Source of the DNA: Octopus vulgaris
Taxonomy: Eukaryota
Length of the DNA: 64,000 nt
NCBI GenBank assembly: GCA_951406725.2
Contig: OX597823.1
Location: forward strand, 68,634,001-68,698,000
Reading direction: 5' to 3'
Shown here: one piece after another, positions 1 to 13,994 of the stretch
Layout: every line of letters begins with the position of its first letter
Position numbering within the stretch: the stretch's first letter is position 1
Notes under the pieces: generated by a model
Database searches by the model: none
Seen by the model: only the letters and a program-made list of their open reading frames with translations
What the model was told of the DNA's origin: nothing
Program-made: the position numbers and the translations under genes

Positions 1-1372
1 CTCTCCTATAACATCGCTATTTTCTCTGACACACTGTCTGGCAATCCGAAATACTTCAGCTCTTTGATCCTCGCGACGCTGGACATTGGCAAACTTCTTC
101 TTTTCTGCTACATCTTTGGCAATGTATACCTGCCGCCCAGCCTCCCTTTTGGCTATCTGGTACAGTTCCCTGCTGCCCCCTCCTTCCAGGCTTTCCAGGC
201 CCGTCTCTTTTCACAGATGGCTTTATCTACTGCACTATTCCACCACCACGTAATTCTAGGTCTGGAAGGGACTTTGCACCATCCACAAACTTGGTCTGTG
301 GCACTCAACAAGCTGTCCCGTAGGAATTCCCAGCTACCTTCTATGTCTGACGTCTGAAGCTCCTCTTCCCTCTCATCAAATTTCTTGATGAGTATGTCCC
401 TAAATTTCTGACCATGCGAAGGGTTCTTTAGCCTCCAAATCCTTCTTTTCTGGATTGGTTTGTTTCTTGGAGTCCTTCTGGCCTCAAGCTTAAAGTCACT
501 GATGATTAGTCTATGCTGAGGGATACATTCTTCACCCGGGAGGGTCTTTGTATTCAAGAGCAACCCTGCATCCCGTTGTCTGGTGAGGATGAAGTCTATT
601 TGGCTAGCGGAGTCTCCTGACTGATAAGTTATAAGGTGGCAGACTGGCTTCTTGAAGTTAGTGTTGCAGATTGAAAGGTTACATGCATCACAGAATTCCA
701 GTAGTCTAGTTCCCTCATCGTTTCTGGTGCCAATACCATATCCACCATGTACCCCAGTGAAGATACCCGATTCCCGCCCAACATGCCCGTTAAAATCTCC
801 ACCTACAAAGATGAGGTCCTTGTTACTAGTCTTTGAAGTAGCCTGCAGAAGGGTATCATAAAAGTTGTCCTTCTGATCATTTGGTAGTCCCGCTTGTGGG
901 GCATAGGCTGAGATAATCATAGCTGTGCCACTCTGTAGGACCAACCTGAGCTTAAGCACTCTATCACAAACCCTGACAACCTCTATGACCTTATCCACCC
1001 ATTCCTCCGCAAGGAGAATGCCTACACCCCCTACACCTTCCGCGTTACCTTGCCAGTAGAGTTTGTATCTAAGTGCCTTGCCCGTGAGGACCCTAGCCGA
1101 AGCATCTCTCCATCTTACCTCTTGTATGCAGCATACATCAACCTGTCTTCTCTCTAGCATCTCTACAATCTCACTAGACTTGCCTGTCAATGTACCAACA
1201 TTGATAGTGCCAACTCTGAAAACTGGGAAGGAGATGTGGGGGGGACAGGGGGATTCGGCGCCTGAGAAGAGGAGGGTTGTAGTGGTGGTGATAGTTTTCG
1301 TGGTATTTTTCTTTTGATCTCTCTTCCAACCTGACCACGCCGTGGGCAGGAGCTGGTGTTAGCAGTGGACAT
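1..1372 (-). pseudogene. RTE LINE ORF (endonuclease-RT polyprotein N-terminus) with two single-base frameshifts
   Basis: The ATG at 1372 (MSTANTSS..) joins ORF 153..1190 if one base is added in or near the G7 run at 1238-1244. A second slip lies in the C5 run at 176-180. Confidence 0.8.
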
Positions 1373-1560
1373 TTGTTATCGTCTCTGAGTAACGTAATTA
1401 GGTAGAGGAAAGAAATACAGATATTCTAGAGTTGAGTTGGGGAGGTCCAGTTGAGGCGGGTAATATAGGGGAGCAACCAGTGGGGAAGGTTGGGGTAAGG
1501 AGGAACGATGGCAGGAAGGGTTGGTGTAGGTTCCTAAGAAATAAAAACGTAGGATATTAC

Positions 1561-1820
1561 GAGGCGGGAGGGTACTAAAGGGGATGGTCGGATTGACGAG
1601 GCGGGAGGGTACTAAAAGGGGATGGTCGGATTGAGGCAGTAAGCGTAAGATCGGTGGGCAGTTGATGAGCTATGGCGCTAGCAGCTTGTCTTAAGCATAT
1701 GAGGAGAAGGGTACTAAAAGGGGATGGTCGGATTGAGGCAGTGTCAGGAGGAAGCGTAAGATCGGTGGGCAGTTGATGAGCTATGGCGCTAGCAGCTTGT
1801 CTTAAGCATATGAGGAGAAG
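1561..1820. repeat. Tandem/mosaic repeats in RTE 5'UTR
   Basis: A 69-bp unit is identical at 1641-1709 and 1752-1820. gggtactaaa(a)ggggatggtcggattga occurs 3 times (~1571, ~1607, ~1709). Confidence 0.9.
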
Positions 1821-1926
1821 TGGTAGTGGGGGGAGGAGGAGGGAGTAGGGCGTACCCAGTGTAGATGAGTAAGGTGTATCCGGTGTAGATGGAGAGAACG
1901 GGGTATACTGGTATTGGTGGTGGGGG

Positions 1927-1964
<38 letters not shown>

Positions 1965-2981
1965 AGCATGGAAAGCAGATGTTAATTGACAATGATGATG
2001 ATATATAAAAACACTTGAACACAAAGTATACAGTGTAGAGTAGAAGGAAAGCAAATAGAGTACTAAATACTGAAGGTAGAGTATCAAAATACATTTAAGC
2101 TGAAATATCATATTTTAAATTTCATGATTCTAATTGTCGAGCAGAATGTGAACAACAAAAATAGAAATCATTAAAAAGAACATCGAGATAATGAAAAGGT
2201 AAAATGGAGCATTTAATTGGTTACATATGTAAACTAATTCAAATTGATAAAAATATTTGATTGTTTCAGAATCAAGAAAGGAAGTATACAAGTGTGTGTT
2301 TCAATTGAATGAATAAAAGCAATATGAATAAAATACCTGTGCAAAGCAAGGTAACTAGGAACATTCACAGAATGTCATTTATGCTCAATTGCAGCAATGT
2401 CAAAGAAAGAAAGAAAGAAAGAAAGAGAGAAAGAAAGAATGAGTAAGATTCAAAACACCTTGGTTAAAAAAGAAAGATTGATTCTAGAACATTTTTAAAA
2501 TTGAATTTCATACACAAAGCCATTGATGTTCACATAAAGAACCCTTTAACATGGCACAACAAAAATAATTAAACAGGAAACAAATAGCTAAAGAGAAAAA
2601 GATGAAATAGGAAACAGTAAGAAACATACTCTGTATATTTCTATGGCATGTTTGACTTAGGAAAATTACATAATAACATTTATGATTTAATTACAATAGA
2701 GTCAAGATACTGTTGTATGACATCCAGAAGCTTTCCTTCTAATGTAATAATAAAATACTTTATGGCAAACAAAGGTAGCAACACAGTATCTTTCTTACAT
2801 TGTCAAATTCCCCTCACAAGTTAGTGCCAGTACATAGCTAAAGAAACTTGCCTATGATGTCCATGGGGGGAGGTAATCCAACTTCTTCATTGTATAAATA
2901 TACTGCTATATGTGTATGTGTGTATAAATATATATGCATATATATACATACATTTGCATATAAGTATAAATTCATATACAC

Positions 2982-3142
2982 AGGTGTGACTGTGTGACAA
3001 GAAGCTTGCTTCCCAACCACATGGTTCCGGGTTCAGTTCCACTGCATACCACCTTGGGCAAGTGTCTTCTACTATAGCATTGGACTGACCAAATCCTTGA
3101 GAGTGGATTTGGTAGATGGAAGCTGAAAGAAGCTCATTGTAT
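2982..3142 (+). mobile_element. tRNA-derived SINE (family B)
   Basis: gtgactgtgtg..aagcttgcttcccaaccacatggttccgggttcag head. Related copies at ~34935-35020(-), ~36063-36210(+), ~43930-44040(-), ~49245-49405(-), ~55305-55450(-). Confidence 0.8.
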
Positions 3143-3158
3143 ACACACTCACACACAC

Positions 3159-3189
<31 letters not shown>

Positions 3190-3246
3190 TATGTATGTAT
3201 GTATGTATGCATGCATGTATGTATGTATATCTATACTATAATGGGT

Positions 3247-3548
3247 GGAGGCACATGGCCTAGTGGTTAGAGCAGTGGACTCGTGGTTGAGGGATCGCAG
3301 GTTTGAATCTCAGACCGGGTGATGTGTGTGTTTATGAGCAAAACACCTAAGCTCCACGCGGCTCCAGCAGAAGTTAATGGCGAACTTCTGCTGACTCTTT
3401 CACCACAACTTTTTCTCATTCTTTCCTCCTGCATCGTACAGCTCACCTGCAATGGACTGGCATCCTGTCCAGGTAGGGAACCTATACGCCAAGGAAATCG
3501 GCCCTAATGAGCCAGGTGTGGCTCGAGGAGGAACAAACAACAACAATA
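3247..3548 (+). mobile_element. tRNA-derived SINE with (CAA)n tail
   Basis: A-box tggcctagtggttagagc, B-box ggtttgaatc, 3' aacaaacaacaacaa tail. Confidence 0.8.
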
Positions 3549-4571
3549 TTATAATGGAGAAAGCTGCTAATTAATTAGGTATGTAACAATTACTAAAAGA
3601 AAGCAATTATTAAAGGGTTGACCATCCGGAAATATTTTTATAAATTCATGTACTAAGAAATTTCCTATAATCTCTATTTCTTGAGTTTATTGAATTTTTT
3701 TAACTCCAATTTCTCGCAAATATAAATATTCACTGTGTCCAATTCATCACAAATTTAGATATTCATTGCATTCACTGCGGAGTATTCCATTTCCATTAGC
3801 GAAGTCTCTCACTTTCTCTTTTAAGTTTTAACTCACTATTACTGTATATGTAATATAAAAACATTATTTACTGAATGAAATTTTTTTTAAATACCTGTAT
3901 AATTTTTAATGTGGGATAGCTGTGAGAAGAGCCTAGAAAGTTGGCTAATCACTATTAGAAGACGAAGGAAAAAATAAAAAGTTACCCACACGTACTCAAA
4001 ACTTGCACCTTATTCAGTTTCCAAACACAACTTCAACAGTGATACACACACACCAATACACACTCGCATGCACACATAGATACACATACACATGCAAATG
4101 AAAGGCAATGAATGTGTGTGTGTGTGTGTGTGTGTGCATGTGTGCATGCATATGTGTATGTGTGCTGTTCTCTGACTAAACTTCATCTTGCATCACTTTT
4201 GTGAAGCTTTGTCAGTGAACAGGTCATGGTTTCAAAGCAATGAAAATATTTTGACACAAATGAAGTTTTAATATTGAAGTGAATCTAATGGTATTTATGT
4301 GTTCTTGAATGGTTTACAAACATCTTCCATGCTGCAATTGTTTTAGTTTCAGCACACAATCTCAGATCAAGTCACTTGCTATGCAAGTACATCTCTGTAA
4401 TTTTTTAAAATCCCTGCGGATAAATGCCAGCAATGACCTTCTCAGGCTCTCCAATATTTTTAATTCTAGACAGAAACAATCAGGGGCAGGGAGTGGGGTT
4501 GCAAAAAGTTCATAATTTCTCAAATTTTCGTTTTTTATAGCATATAGATATATTTATGGGGGGAAAATATT

Positions 4572-4978
4572 CTTTTCTACTCAAGGCACAAGGCCCGAAA
4601 TTTTGGGGGATGGGCCAGTCAATTAGATGGACCCCAGTACACAACTGATACTTAATTTATCAACCCTGAAAGGATGAAAGACAAAGTCGAACTTGGCAGA
4701 ATTTGAACTCAGAACATAAAGACAGACAAAATACCACTAAGCATTTCGCTCAGCATGCTAACATTTCTGCCAGCTAACCATCTTATGGGGAAAAAATATT
4801 TATTTATTTATTGCCCAAAGGGGGCATAACATAGAGGGGACAAACAAGGACAGACAAAGAGATTAAGTTGATTACAGGCAAAGTCGACCTTAGCGGAATT
4901 TGAACTCAGAACGTAAGGCGATGAAATACCGCTAAGCATTTTGCCCAGCATGCTAACATTTCTGCCAACTCACCGCCT
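4572..4978 (-). mobile_element. Two adjacent SINE copies (family A, Nin/Deu-like core)
   Basis: Reverse complement of ggcagaaatgttagca..ttctgagttcaaattc..ctttcatcctttc..taagta. One full copy at 4572-4785 and a partial copy at 4876-4978. Confidence 0.85.
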
Positions 4979-6582
4979 TATGGGGGAAAAAATATTGAAA
5001 AACATTCATACATGTGAGAGTGATAAAGAAATGAGGAGGGGCATCTTTAGATGTGCTAGAAACAACACCCATATCGTTTTTACAGGTAATTGTAGTAGTA
5101 GCCGTGCTGCTAAGTTTGCTTGACAACTATATAGTGTCTTTCAAAAGTATCATCAGTCAAATGGTTTAACACAGCTTTTTGGCTCTTGACTGCTTTTATT
5201 ATTGCAATAATTCAGACCAGATATTTGGCCTAAAGGTAACTTACTCTTTTCTTTCCACCAGTCTGAGAGGCCCTAAAAAAGGGTGGTAGATGCTGTCCTT
5301 CCTCTTCTAAGTCATTAAAGAAAGGAAGTTAACAATTTCTGCTTTTATTTGTCAGAGAATATAATAAATATTTTAATAATAACTATTCATTGTTATAATC
5401 ATTGCTAAATACTTCCTTCATATATATGTGTGGATATATATATGTGTGTGTATCTATCTCTATCTCTCTCATATATGTGTGTATGTGTGTGTATATATAT
5501 ATATATATATATAAATGAACACACACACATATATATATCTGTGACATCTATAGTTTTTAGTTTGCAAATGATTAGTTATGAAAGTATAATGAATTCAATT
5601 TTCTTTTTAAATGTGGTATTATACTGTCATAAAACCATCACCTGTTGGGGAAAAAAAGTTACAGATATACATAGAAAAACGACCTAGATTATTTCTAATG
5701 TTATTAGCTTTTATTGCAAGACCCTATAGCATTCACCTTTGTTAATGCTGCCAGAGATGTCATGTAATCAATACCTCAAAAAGTAAATATGCTAAAAAGG
5801 ATAAGAGCAGATTCAAAATCAGAAAATATAAACAGCATAAGAATCAATCAATAGATGCATTAATGACTGAATTCAGAGCCTTTGGGGAAGAAATGTTTGG
5901 TAAATATCTTTACTGCTGAACAACAAGACAACTGCTAATATGTGATGCTTTTGCGGCTGGCATCAACTCTCTTGTGGCTGACTGAATCAGCTGATAATTA
6001 TTTCAATCATTTATATAAAACTGCTTTCAATGGAATTAGCAATTAAAGATTTGAAGAATTTCCAAAGGGATGTTTCAATAAAAATGGCAACTACAAGTAT
6101 GTTGTTAAATTCTGCAATGCTACTTTTGTAGTGGAACTATATAAACAGTTAGATATACTGAAGCAATGTCAGTAAGATGTGAAAGAAGGCTTAAGCACTT
6201 TTTTTACAACATGTAAAACGTAGAAGGGAACATCAATGTAAAATGAAGTCATTGGGTCTGAAGAATATAATGAAGGTATAATTCCTAAATTATTTAGATT
6301 AGGAAATATTACAGTCTTCATAGATAACCATACTGTTAACAGAAAATTGAACAGAGGATCCATGAAAACTGTTTCTAAAAAGTTGCTTGACAAATGGAGG
6401 TTGAATTATAAAGAAATTCATGTTCTACAGTGGTTTTGACAAATTAGTAGCCCCAAATGACACAACCAGTACTTGATCATTTCGCATGTTGTTAGTTCAA
6501 ACGAATAAATATCAATGAGAGTTTGATTAAAAGAAATTGCCTATACATATACACATAAATACACATTATGTGTGTGTGTATA

Positions 6583-7467
6583 CAGGGTGTGATGGGTAAA
6601 TTGTCACCATTTTATATTTTTAATTTCATGCATGCAGTGTTTGTTTTTGATTTTGTTGACTACACAGTATAGTAGAGTCAGTTGGGCACTGTCTATGATA
6701 AAAATAGCACCATGATGCAATTCACTCGGCCAGAAATTTGGAAATGACATGCTGTACTTCTTAGTATTCTTGCTGGAAGCTCCAATACGAACATTTCAGT
6801 GTTTGAGTGTCAATCAGAAGACAGTGTTATCTGAGGGCATGCACCAAGAATGATAAAAATTAAACATCCAGTCAACATCATGGTGTTTGGAGTGATCACT
6901 AGTGATGGTGAAGTTACGCCTTCATTCATCTTCCCACACGACCTCAGACTCAATATGGTGGCCTACATCAAGTACCTGAAGGAGGTAGTGCTGCCCTGGG
7001 TCAACAGGGTGGCTGCTGGAAACCCCATGTCTGACAACAGGACTCTGCACCATGTCACACAAGTAAGAGAACCCAGTCATAGCTATCAGACAATTCCTGT
7101 GACCACATCACCCCTAACATCTGGCCATCTAACTCCCCAGACTGCAACCCCTTTGATTATGATGTGTGGGGTGCAGTTGAGTAAGAGACCAGCAAAACCC
7201 CTTGTAACACCAAAGATGAACTGAAGGCAAAGATTATGGGTGCATTCACCAAATTAAACAAGGAGACTGTCCAGAAGAGTTGCAAGAGATTCCGAAGTTG
7301 TCTAGAGGTGATAGTTGAAGCCAATGGCGATTTTATTGAATCGATTGACATTTTAGTACTTCAAGATATTTTTATGTAATTTTGGTAATTATATCTGTTA
7401 AAATGAATATGTCAGTGTTATTTTCATTTTCATGTAATCTAGATGACAGTTTATTCACCGCACCCTG
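6583..7467 (+). mobile_element. maT (DD37D) Tc1/mariner transposon, internally deleted
   Basis: TIRs CAGGGTG..CACCCTG with TA on the left. Transposase remnants KHPVNIMVFGVITSDG and QQDSAPCH(7035)..WPSNSPDCNPFDY; I count 37 residues between the 2nd and 3rd D. Confidence 0.88.
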
Positions 7468-7609
7468 TGTGTATGTGTATATATATTGAAAAGGTTGCAA
7501 GACGCAGCAAAAATTTTAGAAAATATAGAAAAAATGAGTGGAAAGTTTACTGGTGAGTGTGTTAAATTATAATGCACTAAAAGAGACTCTCCCCAGACAC
7601 AAGAGCATA

Positions 7610-7757
7610 TACTATATATATATATATATATATGCATATACATGAATGTATATGAATATATATATATGTGTGCGTGTGTGTGCGTGTATATATACACACA
7701 TATACATGTATATATATATATACACATACACATGTATATATATGTAAATATATATAC

Positions 7758-7811
<54 letters not shown>

Positions 7812-8066
7812 ATATATATATACACACACACACATATACATACATTTGCATATATATATATATATATGTATGTGTGTGTATATATATATAAATACACACA
7901 TATACATACATATATATATATATATACACATACATATATATAGATATATATATATATGTATGTGTGTGTGTATATATATATACACACACATATACATACA
8001 TACATATATATATACATACACACACACATATACATGTATATATACATACACACACACATATACATG

Positions 8067-8146
<80 letters not shown>

Positions 8147-8214
8147 CATGTATGTGTGTGTGTATATATATATACACACACACATACATGTATATATATA
8201 TATATATATATGTA
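7610..8214. repeat. Compound (TA)/(CA)/(TG) microsatellite
   Basis: Directly visible dinucleotide tract. Confidence 0.97.
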
Positions 8215-8751
8215 CCAGCAGTATAACTCGGCTTTGCCCGGGATTAAGTTTGGATTATTAAGCTAATCAAGTTCTTTATTTCAAACCAAACTAAGTAACA
8301 TTGACGTCAAATTTGGGTGAAATCCGTTGAAATTGGTTTATATATATAGGGAGGGGGCAACACACACACACATATACACACGCACATACGTACAGCTATT
8401 GCATACATGTTCCTCTGTGTGTGTGTGTGTTGCCCGTATGTCAACAAAACACTTTTTTCCTCGATGGAAAGAAAAAAATAACACAAGTCTTAATAAAAAC
8501 TTACTCGTTACTAGAAGGGGACTTAACTCCTGTTTGCAAACAATGGACTTTAAAATTGTTAAAAGTTTTGGTTGAAAATTTATTTTTACTGCTATTCCTC
8601 TGGGGAAAATAAGTTGACGAAAATACAGCTAGGGTCATGACGAATGTCTTCCTAAAACTGGAGCAACATGCGTGCTAATTTGTAGACGTGCATAAATTAC
8701 ATTCATGTACACACACACACACACACACATCCTACCTTTTATATATACAGA
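8215..8751 (-). mobile_element. Non-autonomous Helitron
   Basis: Minus strand starts A|TCtgtatatataaaaggtaggatgtgtg and ends cccgggcaaagccgag-ttatactgCTGG|T. Both ends resemble the Helitron at 25247-26022. Confidence 0.75.
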
Positions 8752-8812
8752 TATATATGTATATATATACACACATACAGACACACACATATATATATAT
8801 ATACATATATAC

Positions 8813-8849
<37 letters not shown>

Positions 8850-8901
8850 CACATATATAAGTGTATATATGTATATATATAAATGCATATATATATATAT
8901 G

Positions 8902-8933
<32 letters not shown>

Positions 8934-8961
8934 CATATATAAGTGTATATATATATATATA

Positions 8962-9017
<56 letters not shown>

Positions 9018-9133
9018 TATATATGTGTATATATGTATATATATATATATATATGCATATATATGTGTATATATGTATATATATATATATATATATGCAT
9101 ATATATGTGTATATATGTATATATATATATATA

Positions 9134-9190
<57 letters not shown>
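8752..9190. repeat. (TA)n-rich compound microsatellite
   Basis: Directly visible. Confidence 0.97.
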
Positions 9191-9193
<3 letters not shown>

Positions 9194-9549
9194 AACCCAT
9201 AGTCAAGAATAATAAATGATGCATATCATGCTTTAATTGTATTGATGTACTGAAATGGAATTGCTTGTACAAACAATGAAACAAAATGAAAAGTTGAAAG
9301 CACTTAATGCAATAATATTTCTTAATAATCTACAACAAAGATTACTTCTTCATTATTCTAATCAACACACTCTGATTCTCACCAAAATGCACGAATGGAC
9401 AATTATGTGACATGAATAGGAAATTAAGGAATAGATCTTGACAGATAATTTTGATTATTATATATATAGGTAACAACTTACTCTGTTAAATGTCATCAAT
9501 TTAACCGAATATCTTACTTTCTTATGAATACTTATTGAACATATAATAT

Positions 9550-12150
9550 ATAATAAATAATGAACAATATAGCTAAGCAGAGGTAAAAGAAGTAACTGAT
9601 TGTAAGGGTAAGGTAATATAAGATAAGAATTATGTTATATACAAATGAGTCCAACACATTTCATGAAACTTTCAACATCATGATTATTAAAAGAAACGCA
9701 GGTATAATAAGAGGATAATGAAGGAAATTGAAATAATCTGAAAGCAAACTCTCCATTGTACATTAGTAAAACCACGAAGTTTGTAATATTAACTGCATCA
9801 GTTATGAATTGTAAAGTACAGACTCACAATTTCATTTTGGCATTTTTGCAGAGAAGTGTTCCTTAAGCTACCTTCTAATATATACAGAAAATAGTGAATT
9901 TGGAATAGTGAATTTGCACCTGCCATGGTACAAGAAAGTAGCTTAATCATTGATTGGGTTTAGAGTAGGAATGATAATACTTTATTTCACTGGCATGATG
10001 CAAATGAGAATTTGAATATGTATTCTGTGGAAATAAATTGTTTGTAAAAGATGTAAGTGATAACAGTAATGAAAAAAGAAATTCAAATATGGAAGTCATG
10101 AGAATGGAATATTCAAGTACTTAGGATTGAATGTTAATTAATCCAAGAATAGAATTATTGTAGATCAAGATTTACACATCATGCATATCTCCATGAGAAA
10201 CAAAGAAAGTAAGACTACTGATGAAAAATTACAAGTTAAGTGGAGATGAGAAATCTGAATTAAGAAAACTTGCAGCCCAGATAATGATGATGTCTACTCA
10301 GACTTACCCAGATGTAATATGAGTAATACTGGGAAACATCCTAAACTGAAGATTCTAATTAAAATTAATAAAATCATTAAATCTTAAATCCAGGAAAAGT
10401 TTCTTATTTCCCAAGTTGGAAACACTTCAACTCTGAACATAACTGCTCTTTTGATGCCACTTATTCTAGTTTAGAAGTGGGATCTTCATAAGGTTGTTAT
10501 ATTGTCTTTGTTGAAGGTAATGGGAAAAGATAGCAAGATGGCCACAATTTGTTGGAGATCAAACAACTGGATTATATAATAAAGTCCATTAGCTCAAGAG
10601 ACTCTTGCATTCAGTGATGAAGCTGATACTAGTGTTTTAGTTGCTGATGTGAAACAGGAAATATTCCAACTACTCATATTACCATAAGTACTCTATGAAA
10701 CTGAAAAATCATCATATGTAGAAACCTTAAATTATTTTTACTTAGTCAAAGTGTTGAAGTATCAAGAATAAAGAAATGATGATCGACAAAGAAGTTCAGG
10801 TAGAATGAATCAGAGATCATGAGCAAATTTCAAACTGTATGCTATAAGCAAGTGGTTTCTGAGACTTGGAAAGGCATACTACATCAGCAAGTACTGTTAC
10901 TGTTCATTTTGTATATTATATCATTTTGATCAATAGCTATGGGTATACTGTGTTCATCAGTATTTAAAGTTTTAAAGGCGTTCTATTTACCAGGATTCTC
11001 TCCTCATCATTTAGTCAAGGCAGGAGATATAATGCCTGCAGCTCTTTATATATTTTTCTCAGGACTGTGTGAGAAAAGGTGGAAATTTCCTTCATTCCAA
11101 AGAACTATCCCAAATGCTTGCAGCAGTGTGAACTTTGCTAAAAGTACCCAAGAAAAATGTAATGGTCTTATAGTGGATGATAGATTAACTCTACCATCCT
11201 TTGGATGCTTTATACATAAAACTATATTTAAACTGTCATACAGTGTTGGAATCAAAAGTTAGACCAAGAGCACAGGAGAGAAAACCACCAATAATGATAT
11301 GTGATTTATCTCCCTTCTGTTTTGATATAAGTATTTAAGATTGCAACTGAAACCAGTGACATGCAGTCAAGAGGAATATTTATAGTTTATAAGCCAGATT
11401 GAATAAATTACATAAATTAGAGAATAATCCCAACATTACAAGCAGTTGTTAAGAATAATGCAAAATAGACAGAGAATTTATTATTTTCAAAGTAGGCAAA
11501 AATTCAATGAATAACTGTAAAATTTGCCATGGATTAAATCTCATCTTTGTTTCTCTGTTTTCAACGCTGTTTCGTTTAGGAAACACTAATATGGGAATTA
11601 TTAGCTTATAGATATTTCTATTAAATTAAATTTTAATTCATGTACAACAGTAACCTTTTGTTACACCAAGCAGGAATGTTTTAAATGCATTTACTGATGT
11701 TGTTTCAAAGACATTATTAAGAAGTGTCTCAATAATTCACATTTTAAAAGAGATATTTAGTTTGAGTCAAATACTGTGGTTTGCCTTTGAAAAATGTTCT
11801 CATAAAATGAAAAGAAACCTTTTGCAGACCTTTTCAGAACAAGTAATAAAAAAATGAGAACCTTCATAGAAGAAGCAATGAAAAGAGAGTCCCTTTATAG
11901 AATAAGCAATAAAGGAAGGCACCCTTTACAGAATAAGCAATAAAAGAATCCTCATTTGATTAGATGGAAAATCCCAGTTAAAAGTATAATAAACTGAAGT
12001 GGACAAGAATTTTAAGACAAGCAATATCATCAATAAGAAATTTACGATGTATTGCAGCCAATTTCTCATTACTGAAATAGCCAGCAAGAGGCTTTGTAAA
12101 ATTATATTAGGTAAACAGTGACATAGATATCCCAGCAACTACAGATTTTA
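9550..12150 (+). mobile_element. Highly decayed LINE (possibly L1/Tx1-like)
   Basis: ORF 10939..11262 contains VKAGDIMPAALYI (cf. VRQGCPLSPLLY) and IVDD (cf. YADD). Flanking fragments are weak. Confidence 0.4.
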
Positions 12151-12689
12151 AACTATCAGATCATTAAGAATGAAATGTTCGATTCTGAACTGAATTTTTA
12201 TTTTACTTTATTTCAAAAAGGGGTGCAGAAAATCAAAATATGCACCTAAATTATCAATACATTTATGCTGGCAGTGAAGAAGTCTAGTGACTGAAACAAG
12301 TAAAAGATGTCAGTAGAATCAACATATGGTAAATCAAAATAACAAAATGTAAGATCTGTAAATACTAGAGAAATACATCATCTATTTTTATGTGAAATTC
12401 AAGACAACTTAAATATTTAGATGCATTTATATGAATGATTTAATTTTTTGCTTTCAATGAAAGTATGTTTTTTGTTTGCATAGGATCTTCAGAATGTTTT
12501 ATTAATTTAAGATGAATTTCATGTAACAGCAATGAATGGATTATATTCAGTCAGAATATTCTTGTAATCAAAATACTTTTAATGTATTTTTGAAGTTAAT
12601 TAGAACAATGTAATAATATATGGATTTTATAACCTCAATCATCATTTTTATAATCGTTCACTTGTGGATAGTGATGGTAATTAATATTA

Positions 12690-12860
12690 GTCCTTTCTAC
12701 TATAAGCACAAGGCTGGAATTTGGAGGAAGAGGATAAGTCAATTACATTGACCCCAGTGCATAACTGACACTTATCTAATTGACCCCAAAAAGATGAAAG
12801 GCAAAATCAACCTCAGCAGAATTTGAACTCAGAGCGTAGCTGCAGACAAAATACCATTAA
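12690..12860 (-). mobile_element. SINE family A copy
   Basis: gaccccagtgc..gatgaaaggcaaaatcaacctcagcagaatttgaactcaga. Confidence 0.8.
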
Positions 12861-13994
12861 TCAATACCAATAATTAATAATAACACTGAAAATTAATAAT
12901 AATAATAATATTAATTTGTTTCATAAGCATTACATTGTGTACAGAGACTGCTGTGTCCTTCAGATGTTTACATCACAACTATTCAAGTTTTCAGTCTGAT
13001 ACCACTTTGGGTAAGTGTCTTTTAGCATAGTATCAACTCATGAAATATTAAATTTTGAAATGAATTTAGCAGTGACTGAAACTGTCTTCTTTATTATTAG
13101 TACAAATTTTCTTTCATTATTTTCTAGTTTCTTAAATTCAGTAATTAAAAATAACTATTAAACATAAGTGATTACTAATATGTTACTGAAAAATCATGTC
13201 TTGAAAACTAATAATAGTAATAATAGTGATTTCATTTGAAAAAAAGAACAAAGCTATATATGTTTTCAGTTGAAGCAACAACACAAGTCCAACAAAAATT
13301 TAGTTAAACATCAATGCCCATATCCTTTTTACAGGTAGTGATAGTAGTAGCCATGCTACTAAGAAGTTTGCTTGGCAACTACATAGCATCTTTGGAAAGC
13401 ATCATCAACCAAGTGTTTTGGGTGAAATTTCATTGTCAGACAATCTATGGATGTCCATCAGAAGGAATATTCTTGTTCTTGGGTGATAAACTTAATTCAT
13501 CTGTGCAAGTGAAATTTGCTTAACAGAAACTATAGCTGAAGCATGCAGGAAGCATCTTTCCAATTCTTTGATGGTAGACACAGAAGGGGAAGACTACCCA
13601 GTTTAACATTACCACCTGTCTATAGAGTACTGTTATCAATGTCACTTAGTTGCAAGCATTTGGGCTAAGTCTTTGGTCTGAGGATTACTCCTTCCCTTCT
13701 CCCAACAGACACAGTTGCCTTGTAAAGGATTATGAGTGTGACCATTTCACTCCTGACAAAGCCATTGAAAATAAAAGTTTTTAGAAAATGCATGATGTTT
13801 ATATTAAGTTTATCCATGCAAGACTGTAGAGAATTACTCTGAATGAAAGATGAATTCCCCAAAATAAACATTTCTTAGTCAAATATAAAACCTGTAGTTA
13901 ATATGCAATGAGAAATAGCAAACTATGACATTCACTCTAATCTCAATGTTATTATATAATGTTAAAACATGAAGATGCAAATGAAGTATAAGGC

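Larger units (their letters stand above)
1..1929 (-). mobile_element. RTE-clade LINE, 5' part (5'UTR + AP-endonuclease ORF); runs off the window's left edge
   Basis: ORF 153..1190 has APE motifs (VCCIQEVRW, ISAYAPQ, GGDFNGHVG, SQIDFIL, QHRLII) and WWWN. Upstream in frame is FRVGTINVGTL, and the frame continues to base 1 (..RELYQIAKREA..ENSDVIGE) after a 1-nt slip. The GC-rich 5'UTR ends at a (TA)n tract. Confidence 0.93.
2050..4480 (-). pseudogene. Decayed Toll-like receptor-like remnant (LRR...TM...TIR)
   Basis: Minus-strand fragments in order: ILKLHLCQNIFIALKP (~4230-4280), EYLYLREIGVKKI (~3695-3732), PDGQPFNNC (~3605-3630), a hydrophobic stretch (~2550-2630), and TIR-like YLALHRYFI..IHSIETHTCIL (2282-2353) and FYQFEL (~2235-2252). 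Confidence 0.45.

Noticed and set aside
1575-2111. 178-aa ORF with an internal repeat
   Set aside because: Read-through of a microsatellite and the repeated LINE 5'UTR; no domain.
5700-6480. Possible second Penelope RT remnant on the minus strand (SNFLETV..TSFYIDVP)
   Set aside because: Only one weak motif, insufficient to call.
7455-9284. Many long Y/I/H/T/C/V-rich ORFs
   Set aside because: Translations of TA/CA microsatellites, open in multiple frames on both strands.
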